DNA of 64,000 nucleotides from Flaccisagitta enflata (lineage: Eukaryota), in NCBI GenBank assembly GCA_965153355.1, contig OZ231126.1:42408001-42472000 (forward strand), given 5' to 3'. The notes beneath the pieces were generated by a model. That model was given only the letters and a program-made list of their open reading frames with translations. It was not told the DNA's origin and did no database searches. Position 1 is the stretch's first letter, and every line of letters begins with the position of its first letter. Shown here piece by piece: positions 1-12,400 of the stretch. The translations under genes and the position numbers were made by a program.

Positions 1-505
1 GTGGAGCACGTCTTTTCCATTTTTGCCTTTGATGGGGCTAGGACTGATGATGATGAGACACGTTTTGCCATACTCTGTTGGTAGAGAAGATACAAAAAAT
101 TAAATTAAAATTCAGAAATTAGTGTGAACGTTGTCGCTCCCCTCGGTGATTGTGGCGCCGATCAGATTAAATAATGCATAAAATTTTCTCACCGTATCCA
201 AAATCGCGTATGACGGCTTGTTTCGAATCGAGCTGGCAATCTGGCTTTTCTGGACGCGTGCTCAACCATTGCACGATGCGTTGATTGAAATCCCCATTGC
301 TTTCGCCGTCACGTTGTTGCGGGGTCTGTGAAAAAAATTTTAGCGTTGGCCTTGAATATTTCTTCTTTCAGCGAAGAAGGAAGATTTAGGGTAGGGTTAG
401 ATCACGAATCTGCTGAATTGGTTATCTCACCTCTGATTGGTCCGCTACGCTCCCCGGGAGGAGGAGGACGGGGAGAATGAAGGAGAGGAGGGGGTGATAT
501 CTCAT
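1..505 (-). CDS. Secreted protein of unknown family, 5' three exons (gene continues past the window start)
   Basis: Exons 505-431, 325-193 and 74-1 join through GT-AG introns with matching phases (0, 1). Product: MRYHPLLSFILPVLLLPGSVADQSETPQQRDGESNGDFNQRIVQWLSTRPEKPDCQLDSKQAVIRDFGYEYGKTCLIIISPSPIKGKNGKDVLH... The N-terminus reads as a signal peptide. Confidence 0.7.
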
Positions 506-1573
506 TTTCACAAATTGTCTGTTGTTCTCTTGTCTTCCACTCGAGGTGATTGTAACTTGTTTGTCAGTATCTTGTCAGTATCTTGTCAGTACTTGTCACT
601 TTCATAAACCACGACACGCACTTTGTTGATTTGAGTGGTCGAGGTGTTGAGGAAAGGTGAAGTGTTGATTTTTGCTTTCGGAGCGCAGAGTCCAATTTCT
701 TGTACAGAATTTTGCGATTATGATTTTGATTTTGTCCTTTAACTTTCCGTCGGCGATTGTTATTGTTTTTCATAATGCGGAATGATTGTACTTCAATTTT
801 CGGCGTGCCTCGAATGGAATGAATGACTGTGAATGTTTAACTCACGTGTTCTTTCGATTGAATGGTATGTTGAGAATTGTGTTCTTATGTTAGGTATGTT
901 TGAATGAATGGTGGTTTTTCATCTCCATAACACCTGGAGATTTTCCACATATCAAAATTTTTGATTTTTTTTTAGAACCGTTCTTTTCTAAATTTTTCTA
1001 AGAATTTAGTTTTTAAACGTATCAACATTTTTTTGGTCGGGGTCCGAGCTTTTCTTTTCTGGACATTATCTTCACCTATCTTAAATAGATTGAAGATGAT
1101 CTCCGGGTAGCGTTAGCCGAATCATGAACCGCCCGGTTCTGACCTTTGATATTATTATTATTATCAAATTCTCTCTGCCTCTCGCTTTTTGCATTGCTCG
1201 ACGGCGCTCCAATTTTCTCTTTAGTCTGGAATATAGCCTTCTTTCTTTTAGCTCAATTTCTTTCTCTCTCTCTCAATTAATGATAATTAAGCAGTCAAGA
1301 AATTGATCAAGAATAGATCTATAGCCAGGACGAATGATCATCATTTGGATGATCATCCGTTACTACTCGATCGACAAACTTTTTTTTCTCCTTGACTCAA
1401 TTTGCCACGGTACAAATTTTCATATCCTAAACCGACACCAAATTGATGATAATCGCCATAAGTACAAAGTTGTATAAAGAATAATACAGTTACAAAGTTC
1501 TTACAGACTCAGTACAAAATATATACGCCTGGATTTCTTACTTTTAACGACGAAAAAAAATAAATTTCCATCG

Positions 1574-1879
1574 TTTTTAGATGCGTCCGTCAGGAACGCA
1601 TCTCTAGAAGAGGGTCTGTCCGTCCGTCGGTCCGTCCGTCCGTCGGTCCGTCCGTCGGTCCGTCCGTCCGTCCGTCCGTCCGTCCGTTACGCCTATGCAA
1701 AAACCGCGTTTCTTGGCTGTTTTTGGCCGCGGTAATATCCTACACTGAAACAAATGATCAACCAACATGTTTTGAGAGTGTTTTCACTCGTCTGTTCGTC
1801 TGTCTCTCCATTCATATGTCACATGATCAATACACGCTGAGACACAGCCCGGACGCATCTTTGCCCGGTCGGGCTTGTT
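1574..1879 (+). mobile_element. Helentron-associated (HINE/DINE-1-like) non-autonomous element
   Basis: T-tract, AGATGCGT..ACGCATCT stem, (GTCC/GTCG)n, repeated ACGCATCT, then the 3' hairpin GCCCGGTCGGGC and TTGTT. Confidence 0.65.
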
Positions 1880-3062
1880 GTAACACATGCTGCATGCTGT
1901 TTAAAGCCATCGTTGACTTCTTCATCAAAACCTATGTCGCCTTTTTGGATGCTACTAAGGCTCCTAAACTAAAGCTTTTGACAGAATCTTATATTACTGT
2001 CTATTTACGAAACTCATGGAACAGCACATACCATTGTGCATCCTCTTATGTCCCCTTATCTAAACAGGGTCACCAGTGTCAACTGTCAAGTGGGGATTTG
2101 CAATGAGTGACAGCTATCCTCCGCCCCTCGGTATCAACCCCCAGGCCAGGAGGTATTGTCTCCCCAGACATTTTCTTATATCATTTTGACCCATTGATCA
2201 AGTTGTTTCGGCATCTGAATGTTGGATGTTACATAGGCCATATACATTGGGGAAAAGCTCCCACACTTGTTGCCTAGATAACCTCCTTATTCACTAGCTG
2301 ATAGGTTCACCAGATCTTTTTTTCATATTTTGTTATTACCTAAATGGAAAAGAGAAAAATTAGGACCACTGTCCTAATAGTAAAGAAAAATATGCTGAAT
2401 TGGAATTCTAATCGTGAGCTCGATCGAGCAAGTATATCTAATTTTAAAGCGCCGGGACTAGAAATACAGAAAGGAAATTGTTCAAAATTATCTTTTATTT
2501 CTGATGTGTTTAGCAATTTTAGTTTTCGCCAAAGACATTTGCCTTATTGCCCCGACTAGATCGGCTTTACAGAAAATGGTCGATATATGTTACAATTATT
2601 GTTTTTAAAATGGATTGTCGTTCAAGTTTCAACCCACCTGGATAAAAAGAACTCATAATTAGTAAAACAGCCTTATGATTTGGATAAGATCAAACACCTA
2701 TACAGCTCCGAAATTGCCTTTGTCTCGCAGATCAAGTACTTGGGCATGAATATTCAAAGTAATCCAGTTTTGAATTTTATGGCTGATTCTGATATCTTCT
2801 TGTTATCGATCAGCAAATTCGGGTATTGCTCGGGTATTGCTCGGGCATTGCTCGGGTATCAATCTTACGTTTTTCTGTTACAGATTACGTGGTGCAAGAT
2901 ACCGCATAACACTCGTCTAAAACGCTAGGATTTGTCATGACTCATGATCACAATTTCATGGAAATATATACTAAAATCAAAAAATGATTCTGATGTAACA
3001 AAGAGAAAAGCAATCAAAACGATCGCATGAAACGATTTTTTGTTTCTGTTTCTTGTTCTTTC

Positions 3063-3295
3063 TTTTTTTTAGTCGCGTGTTACGCGACACTACACCCTGC
3101 TTTGTCCGTCGGTCGGTCGGTCGGTCGGTCGGTCGGTCGGTTGGTCGGTTGGTTGGTCGGTCAGTCGGTTGGTCGGTCGGTCGGTCCCCATTTTACTTTA
3201 TGTTTTTGCGGTCTTTGGCCTCACTGCACAGTAACTCAAATACTGCCCCTGCCCACCCGCACGCGACTAAGGTAGCCGTGTATCCAGCCTTGTTT
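3063..3295 (+). mobile_element. HINE/DINE-1-like element (AGTCGCGT subfamily)
   Basis: TTTTAGTCGCGTG..ACGCGAC stem, (GGTC)n, 3' CCCGCACGCGACT..GCCGTGTATCCAGCCTTGTT. The same layout recurs many times in the window. Confidence 0.7.
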
Positions 3296-4025
3296 CATGA
3301 AATATTTGAAGATTTTGCCATTTACGAGGAATTCCGAAGAAACTGCCCGTTTGTGCGCTTGTAATCTAGCAAGGCCGATAAGTAGTCGCTGGCGGGTGGG
3401 CAGGGGTGGAAATGCGGTGGGCAGGGGCAGTACTTGGGTGGACGAGAGCCGTAATATGACTGGGCAGGGGCCATAATGCTTATAAATCCTTTATTCAGCC
3501 GATTTCGCGTATAATTCAAAATTTCGCGTTGCCTCCCTACCTTACTTCCTACACAGCCCCTTATCGAGTCGCTTAGCCAGCGACCAAAAAGTACTTTTCG
3601 CCATTGTCAAAAAAAGAATAAAAATAAAAATAAAAATAAAAAAGTACTTTTCGCCATTGTCAAAAAAGAAAAATGAAGGAATCAACACCGAATGAAAGAG
3701 CGGACTTCATCAAACCGGCTTCTGTAAATGCCGACAAAACCAAAACCACCGAGGGCATTCCCAGGTTCATTTTAGTTTTTATGGTTTCAGTGTCAATTCT
3801 GCCGATATGTATGAACAATTTGAAACAAATCAATTGCCTCATTAATATCGTCATTCAGGTACATCATGGTGTACACGGGTTTTCTGTGCGTGGTTGCGTT
3901 TTGCCAAGGCATGACCACCGCAGCGTTTTTTGGAGGAATTACGACCATTGAAAAAGCCTTTCAATTCTCCTCAACACAAATGGGCATCGCAAATTCCATG
4001 TTTGTCGTCGGTTTTGCAGGTGAGT

Positions 4026-4085
<60 letters not shown>

Positions 4086-4229
4086 CAGAGACCGACGGAC
4101 ACAGACACACAAAAATGCAGACTGAAAAAAAGGCGGACAGACCGACGATAAAATAATCAGTCGGACAACCAGACAAACAGATCTTCTACAGAAGAAAAAA
4201 CAGGCAGTCAAATAAGTAGTCCGGCAAAC

Positions 4230-4376
4230 AACAAGGCCGGATACACGGCCACTACCAGTTGCGGATAGGTGGGCAGGGGCGGAAATACCCATTTTCCCAC
4301 TTTTTAACTCGATGACCCCGGACGGACCGACGGACGGACAAAGCCTCTTATAGAGTTGCGTGTCCGCAACTAAAAA
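4230..4376 (-). mobile_element. HINE-like element (AGTTGCG subfamily) in SLCO intron 2
   Basis: Reverse complement reads TTTTAGTTGCGGACACGCAACTCTATAAGAGG-(GTCC)n..GGCCGTGTATCCGGCCTTGTT. Close relative at 27258-27412. Confidence 0.7.
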
Positions 4377-4862
4377 CGTGAACTTACAGAAAATAGGAGA
4401 GATTAGTCACCAAAAAAGATCAAGACCAACATTTTTCATCCACGTTTCTTTTATATTAGGAATTCAACCTGTGTGGTCGTACTTCGGCGATCGTTTGTAC
4501 AAGCCATATTTGTACGCGTTTGGGCAGTACATCGTTGAAGTTTCAAACTTTATTCCCATGTTGATGGCCTTTTGGTACACGGCCCCGATGGACGCGGGCG
4601 CTGATGGGAATGGAGGAGGAGCCGAACTAAACCCAAACGCTTCCACTTCTACTTCTTACGCTCTTTGCATGCGACAGGACAATGCGACAAAGTTGACCGA
4701 TGATGTGCTCGATCCTAACGGGAATAATCCGGCGGTATGTTAATTGATAAAGGGGGTTAAGAAAGCAGGGGCCATAAAGATATTTAGACAGGGGAAATGA
4801 TGAATAACGAGCCAACCAGTTTCTTGACAATGGGCTAAGGGTGAAAGGCCAAATACACTGAC

Positions 4863-5740
4863 AAACAGGCCGCTCAAGCGTCATTATGGTCAGCGGTTCC
4901 CGATGCCCCATTGATATCATTTAGTATTGTAGTGTTGGGGTAATGGGGCAGCGGCCCCGGAGGGGTCGATGACCTATGGTTCCACACAGGGCAATTTTGT
5001 TTTGGGAGGCATGATCTTGGGTCTGAGAGGTCTGATCTGGGGTCCATAAGGTCTGATCTGGGGTGTAAGAGGCCTGATAAGAGGTCTGGGAGGCCTGAGT
5101 TAAGGCTTAAGAAGCCTGAAAAGAGGTCTGAGAGGCCTGATTTGGGGTCTGAGAGGCCTGATTTGGGATCCCAGATGCCTGATTTGTAGTTTGATATGCC
5201 AGATTTGGGGTCTGAGAGGCCTGATAAGAGGTCCAAAGGCCTGAGTTTGGGACTAAGAGGCCTGATATGTGGTCTGAGAGGCCTGATTTGGGGTCTGAGA
5301 GGCCTGATTTAGGATCCCAGATGCTTGATTTGTAGTTTAAGAGGCCTGATTTTGAATCCGAGAGGCCTGATTTTGAATCCGAGAGGCCTGATTTTGAATC
5401 CGAGAGGCCTGATTTGGGGTCTGAGAGGCCTGATTTGAGGTCTGAGAGGCCTGATTTGGGGTCTAATAGGCTGGATTTGAGGTCTTAGAGGCCTGCTTTG
5501 AGGTCTGAGAGACCTGATTTGGGGTCTGAAAAGCCTGATTTGGGGTCTGAGAGGCCTGATTTGGGGTCTGAGAGGCCTGATTTGGGGTCTGAGAGGCCTG
5601 CTTTGAGGTCTGAGAGGCCTGCTTTGAGGTCTGAGAGGCCTGATTTGGAGCTTTGGGGGGGGGACACTGACATCAGATCGGAAAAATTGCCCTGTGTGGA
5701 ACCATAGGTCATCGACCCCTCCGGGGCCGCTGCCCAAAAA
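4863..5740 (-). mobile_element. Non-autonomous element: 53-bp inverted repeats enclosing a 21-bp tandem array, plus an ~80-bp tail
   Basis: Perfect inverted repeat 4946-4998 / 5683-5735 (GGGCAGCGGCCCCGGAGGGG...). Internal (GAGAGGCCTGATTTGGGGTCT)n. Relatives at 21134-21703, 62693-63271, 9057-9349 and from 50951. Confidence 0.75.
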
Positions 5741-6569
5741 GACGTTGCCCAGCAAGTTCCATGCCATATGAATCGGTTAACATGTAAGATACTATGACGG
5801 AAACATGAACGCCACATTACCATAGTATTCAGCGGGCGAAATTTAGCTAACTAATTTTGGGAAGTAGTTTCAGGAAACATTTCTATCATCCTCCATCATC
5901 ACAATCGCTGCTTAACCGTGGTGTATGTGTTGTACGGTTCCTGTTCCTATCTAGGCATTCTAAAACTCAACATCATACGAGTTATATCATACAACTTATA
6001 TGGTTTGTTTTTTGTTCTTATCTAGGCTTACGACAACTTCGTGCCTTACGTGTGGTACTGTTTGTTCTTGTTCTTGTACGGTGGCGGATTCTGTCCACAA
6101 TTTAGCATCGCGTTGACTCACATCGACGATCACGTTCCTGCATCTGCATCCGCTTTCATGTTGTCTCTACCAACAGCGTCTTTCTTCCTCGGACCGATCC
6201 CTGGATTTGCTTTGGGTATAGAACGAGTTGATATTTTTTCTTATGATTTTTACTGTTCCAACAACATTGCGCGATGATTTATCAAATCAATATGTCGCCT
6301 CCAACCCACCAGCCAGTTCCAGATGCAATATTTACCAACAATCCATTAAGCACCATCTGTTATCACACAGATTGAAAAATTAGGGAGATACAGCAACAAG
6401 ATGAAAAAGGTGATCTCAATAGTCTAAACACTTATGGCTCACTACACAACAAATATCATTAGCAACTTTCATTTCACATATTTTGCTATCATGTCATGCA
6501 ATAAGAGATAAACAGTTTAGTTCAAACGATATTCTTACTCAAAATGCTTTTTTTCTGTGCATGGATAAA

Positions 6570-6777
6570 AAACAAGGCCGGATACACGGCTGGCCAAGTC
6601 GCGTGCGGGTGGGTAGGGGCAGTGATGAAATAGACCAGCTAGGCAGTTGGGCAGGAGCTGTATCCCCAAAACCCCCTGTAAACGTCGAAAAAGCAAAGTG
6701 TCACAGACCAACCGACCGACAGACGGACGGACAGACGGACAGAGTGGGTTGAAGAGTCGCGTGCACGCGACTAAAAA
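6570..6777 (-). mobile_element. HINE-like element in SLCO intron 4
   Basis: AGTCGCGTGCACGCGACT stem next to an A-tract, (GACC/GACG)n, and the AACAAGGCCGGATACACGGC end. Confidence 0.7.
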
Positions 6778-7098
6778 CAACCAAGTTATTCAATACGTTA
6801 TAGAATCCATTATCCTTGATCCTGCATTTTCCCATTTTCCACTCAGCTGGTTACCTCCTTCAAATCCATTACGATTTCTCCACTCCGGCTTATGGACCTT
6901 CGGACGCGCGATGGATCGGCAATTGGTGGCTGATGTTCCCGACTGTTGGATTCGTGGCCATTTCCGTCTCCACCGTCATCGCCTGTTATCCAACCAGAGC
7001 CCAAATGCGCCGGTACGCTGCAGCGAGAGCCGCTCAAAACGAGAAAGAGCCGTTGAAAGTTGCGGGGGACGAACCCATAAGAAGCGGGAAAGTGGGTA

Positions 7099-7275
7099 CA
7101 GTTAAACCCCGCTCTAACGGACCCGCCACCAACGGAATTCCGCCTATAACAGACACAAATTCATGGTCCCTTCAAGTTAATTTCTTTTATTTCCTTTGTC
7201 GGCAATAACAGAAGTCCGCCTATAACAAAAAAAAACTGTTGGTCCCCTGAAATCCGTTAGAGCGGGGTTTAACTG
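7099..7275. mobile_element. Tc1/mariner-pogo-like MITE inserted in SLCO coding exon 5
   Basis: 23-bp perfect TIR CAGTTAAACCCCGCTCTAACGGA with TA duplication at 7097-98 / 7276-77. Degenerate relative at 23448-23643. Confidence 0.9.
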
Positions 7276-7368
7276 TACAACGAACAAGTTTGGTGGTTTC
7301 TGCGCGGCTTTGAAGAATGTCTTCAGGTTTGCACGGTGGTGGGATGGTCGTTTGCGCTATTACGTTAA

Positions 7369-7761
7369 TTAGATGCGTCCTTGCATCTCTATATGAGATC
7401 ATGTCCGTCTGTCTGTCACGCTTTTGTATCACGCATTTATGTCATACTTTTGTGTTATGCTTTTATGGAAACCAAGGAAAACATTTATATTCATCACCAG
7501 TCTTCATTCCTGTAAGAACATACGGCTCCACAAATTCATTCATTCATTCATTCATTCATTCATTCATTCCTTCATTCATTCATTTATTCATTCATTCATT
7601 CATTCATTCATTCATTCATTCATTCATTCATTCATATAATTATTTCTCTACTCCTTCATTCATTCATTCAATCATTCATTCATTCATTCATTTATTCATG
7701 CGTTCATTCATTCATTTATTATTCCATTCAAGACCCATCGTTGGCCTACTCGGCCTTGTTT
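7369..7761 (+). mobile_element. HINE-like element containing an (ATTC)n microsatellite
   Basis: AGATGCGTCCTTGCATCT stem, (GTCT)n, (ATTC)n at about 7535-7730, and a GGCCTACTCGGCCTTGTT end. Confidence 0.6.
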
Positions 7762-9056
7762 CATCAGGAATCATTGCACTGGTAATGAGAAAGAAGAGTA
7801 CCAGTGCGCAGAAAAGTCATTGCACATGTGGTAAAATCAATATAGTTTCACAGCTGAATGGAGGCGTGTCCATGCATATCAAAATTCAGAGTGTTCTGTT
7901 ATTTTACTACAAAATCATATTCGTATCAGTATATCCCAGTTAAATAAGCAAAGTGAAGTAATTTGGCTCTGTTGTAAAACAAGCCCTTTTTCCCCAAATG
8001 CCTTCACGTCAGCGTTGTCCCATGGAGGCGCAAACGATTTACCAAGAGGATCATTTATTTGTTTCTTACAGCTCTAAGACGTACGTGTTGGTGCTGTTAT
8101 CCTCCTCTTTTGCGGCTTTTGCATTCGTTGGATTTGATTATTTCCTCATGAAAATTCTCTCGGTCCAATTTCAAAAAGACCCTACCAATGCCAATGAGAC
8201 CCTCAGCGGTGTTGCGTTAGGAGTGGCCCTCTCCATCATCGTCGGGGGATACATCTCCAAAAGGTGAGATAGATTTTTTATGGCCAGTACCATGATGGAC
8301 TCATCGGGCCTTTTTCAGTGATTTATTAACCCCCCCCTGACTCGTCCTCTCCCCCCGACATAATGTTGCGAATCACTGAGGCCATTAATGTTAACAAATT
8401 TGCCCAATTTTCAAATCGTTTATATATGAAAATTGATCGTTGGTTTTTATAGATCATTAGATAGCACTGCTATCTTTGAGCATCGGAATCGCGGGATCGC
8501 TTTTAGATAAGACCTGGAAATCATCCAAACAATCAGCTACTTTCTTTCTTTTAGATTCAACTTTTCGCCGGCAAAAATGCTCCTCATACAGTTCATCCTG
8601 CATTTTATGCAATTTGTATTCATGTTCATTATGATATTCACAAAATGTGCAAAAATTGAAATTCCCTCCCTGGAGATATCGCCTGGTCCAAAGACGGGCC
8701 TTCCACAACTTCAGGTTTTTTCCCTCTTTGTTTGCCAAATTCATTCTAAGACATGATCACGCGGAAACAAACAATTACTTAAAACATCTTAGCATTCAAC
8801 ATCAAACGTATGACAAGTAAAACAATGTCCTTCACTATACCCAAACTGACAAACATGGAGGAGGGCCTTGTAAACCCTCACTGTCTAGTTACGCTGTCTG
8901 ACAAATCAAAGAGACAAAGAGGCAAAATAACGATTGACATTTTACTAATGTCCTGATTGACAATAACCTAAGAAGACAAAAGATGACAGACAAGAAAAGA
9001 CAAAAGGTAAAAAAATGACAGTGCCTGTAGTTGTGTTTTGATTAAAGTTGAGGGTA

Positions 9057-9349
9057 GGGGCAGAGCAGCGACCCCAAAGGGGCTGATGACCTATGCTTTG
9101 ACACATTGAGAATTTCTCATTTGGGTGAATTTCTCATTTGGGAGAATTTCTCATTTGGGATTTGGGCTTAGGGGCTGGGTTTTGGGCCTTGAGCTAGATT
9201 TTGTGCTTGAGGCTTAGATTTAGGCTTTGACGCCGGCATTTGGACCTTGAGGCCTCGATGCTGGGAATTGGGTGTCGACGCTGTTTTCACATATGGGGAA
9301 ATTTCTCCTCCTCCCCCTTCTACCTCCCTTCCCCCTCAGGCCTCGAGAC
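9057..9349 (+). mobile_element. Truncated copy of the GCAGCGGCCCC..GGGG / 21-bp-repeat element family
   Basis: GCAGCGACCCCAAAGGGGCTGATGACCTATGCTTT head resembles 50955-50990. The copy stops abruptly at the foldback array. Confidence 0.5.
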
Positions 9350-9479
9350 AACAGACCATTGCCAACAGACCTTTTTGATGAATGTATCTTAGGACAACTA
9401 AATTGCTCAGAGCAGACCATTGAACGGCTTGAACAGACCATTTAATCATCCTCTGGGACAAGTTAGTGCTCCCAGCAGA

Positions 9480-12400
9480 CCATTTGTTACACCCAGCAGA
9501 CCATTCCTATGACTGCCCCCAACAGACCATTGTTACAGCTGGCAGACCATTTGTTACACCCAGCAGACCATTCCTATGACTGCCCCCAACAGACCATTGT
9601 TACAGCTGGCAGACCATTTGTTACACCCAGCAGACCAATCCCTCCACTGCCTTCAACAGACCATTGTTACAGCTGGCAGACCATTTGTTACACCCAACAG
9701 ACCATTCCCTCCACTGCCTTCAACAGACCATTGTTACAGCTGGCAGACCATTTGTTACACCCAGCAGACCATTCCTCTGACTGCCCCCAACAGACCATTG
9801 TTACAGCTGGCAGACCATTTGTTACACCCAGCAGACCATTCCTATGACTGCCCCCAACAGACCATTGTTACAGCTGGCAGACCATTTGTTACACCCAGCA
9901 GACCATTCCTATGACTGCCCCCAACAGACCATTGTTACAGTTGGCAGACCATTTGTTACACCCAGCAGACCATTCCTATGACTGCCCCCAACAGACCATT
10001 GTTACAGCTGGCAGACCATTTGTTACACCCAGCAGACCAATCCCTCCACTGCCTTCAACAGACCATTGTTACAGCTGGCAGACCATTTGTTACACCCAAC
10101 AGACCATTCCCTCCACTGCCTTCAACAGACCATTGTTACAGCTGGCAGACCATTTGTTACACCCAGCAGACCATTCCCTCCAATGCCTTCAACAGACCAT
10201 TGTTACAGCTGGCAGACCATTTGTTACACCCAGCAGACCATTCCTATGACTGCCCCCAACAGACCATTGTTACAGCTGGCAGACCATTTGTTACACCCAG
10301 CAGACCATTCCCTCCACTGCCTTCAACACACCATTGTTACAGCTGGCAGACCATTTGTTACCCCCAACAGACCATCCTCACTGCCTTCAACAAGCCATTG
10401 TTACAGCTGGGAGACCATTTGTTACACCCAGCAGACCGTTTCCTCCAATGCCTTCAACAGACCACTGTTACAGCTGGCAGACCATTTGTTACACCCAGCA
10501 GACCATTCCCTCCAATGCCTTCAACAGACCATTGTTACAGCTGGCAGACCATTTGTTACACCCAGCAGACCATTCCTATGACTGCCCCCAACAGACCATT
10601 GTTACAGCTGGCAGACCATTTGTTACACCCAGCAGATCATTCCTATGACTGCCCCCAACAGACCATTGTTACAGCTGGCAGACCATTTGTTACACCCAGC
10701 AGACCAATCCCTCCACTGCCTTCAACAGACCATTGTTACAGCTGGCAGACCATTTGTTACACCCAACAGACCATTCCCTTCACTGCCTTCAACAGACCAT
10801 TGTTACAGCTGGCAGACCATTTGTTACACCCAGCAGACCATTCCCTCCAATGCCTTCAACAGACCATTGTTACAGCTGGCAGACCATTTGTTGCACCCAG
10901 CAGACCATTCCTATGACTGCCCCGAACAGACCATCGTTACAGCTGGCAGACCATTTGTTACACCCAGCAGACCATTCCTATGACTGCCCCCAACAGACCA
11001 TTGTTACAGCTGGCAGACCATTTGTTACACCCAGCAGACCAATCCCTCCACTGCCTTCAACAGACCATTGTTACAGCTGGCACACCATTTGTTACACCCA
11101 ACATACCATTACCCCCGCTGCCTTCAACAGACCATTGTCACAGCTGGCAGACCATTTGTTACACTCAGCAGACCATTCCCTCCAATGCCTTCAACAGACC
11201 ATTTTTACAGCTGGCAGACCATTTGTAACACCCAGCAGACCATTCCTATGATTGCCTTCAACAGACCACTGTTACAGCTGGCAGACCATTTGTTACACCC
11301 AGCAGACCATTCCCTCCAGTGCCTTCAACAGACTATTGTTACAGCTGGCAGACCATTTGTTACACCCAGCAGACCATTCCTCTGACTGCCCCCAACAGAC
11401 CATTGTTACAGCTGGCAGACCATTTGTTACACCCAACAGACCAATCCCTCCACTGCCTTCAACAGACCATTGTTACAGCTGGCAGACCATTTGTTACACC
11501 CAGCAGACCATTCCCTCCAATGCCTTCAACAGACCATTGTTACAGCTGGCAGACCATTTGTTACACCCAGCAGACCATTCCTATGACTGCCCCCAACAGA
11601 CCATTGTTACAGCTGGCAGACCATTTGTTACACCCAGCAGACCATTCCTATGACTGCCCCCAACAGACCATTGTTACAGCTGGCAGACCATTTGTTACAC
11701 CCAGCAGACCAATCCCTCCACTGCCTTCAACAGACCATTGTTACAGCTGGCAGACCATTTGTTACACCCAACAGACCATTCCCTTCACTGCCTTCAACAG
11801 ACCATTGTTACAGCTGGCAGACCATTTGTTACACCCAGCAGACCATTCCCTCCAATGCCTTCAACAGACCATTGTTACAGCTGGCAGACCATTTGTTACA
11901 CCCAGCAGACCATTCCTATGACTGCCCCCAACAGACCATTGTTACAGCTGGCAGACCATTTGTTACACCCAGCAGACCATTCCTATGACTGCCCCCAACA
12001 GACCATTGTTACAGCTGGCAGACCATTTGTTACACCCAGCAGACCAATCCCTCCACTGCCTTCAACAGACCATTGTTACAGCTGGCAGACCATTTGTTAC
12101 ACCCAACAGACCATTCCCTCCACTGCCTTCAACAGACCATTGTCACAGCTGGCAGACCATTTGTTACACCCAGCAGACCATTCCCTCCAATGCCTTCAAC
12201 AGACCATTGTTACAGCTGGCAGACCATTTGTAACACCCAGCAGACCATTCCTATGACTGCCTTCAACAGACCATTGTTACAGCTGGCAGACCATTTGTTA
12301 CACCCAGCAGACCATTCCCTCCACTGCCTTCAACAGACCATTGTTACAGCTGGCAGACCATTTGTTACACCCAGCAGACCATTCCTCTGACTGCCCCCAA

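Noticed and set aside
564-773. 69-aa basic ORF
   Set aside because: It lies upstream of the better-supported signal-peptide ATG at 505, ends in an 11-bp repeat and has no recognisable domain; at most a uORF.
4874-5823. Heptad-repeat ORFs (RPLRPQI / SGLSDPK), also at 20985-21644 and 62549-63320
   Set aside because: Translations of the 21-bp arrays inside the repeat elements.
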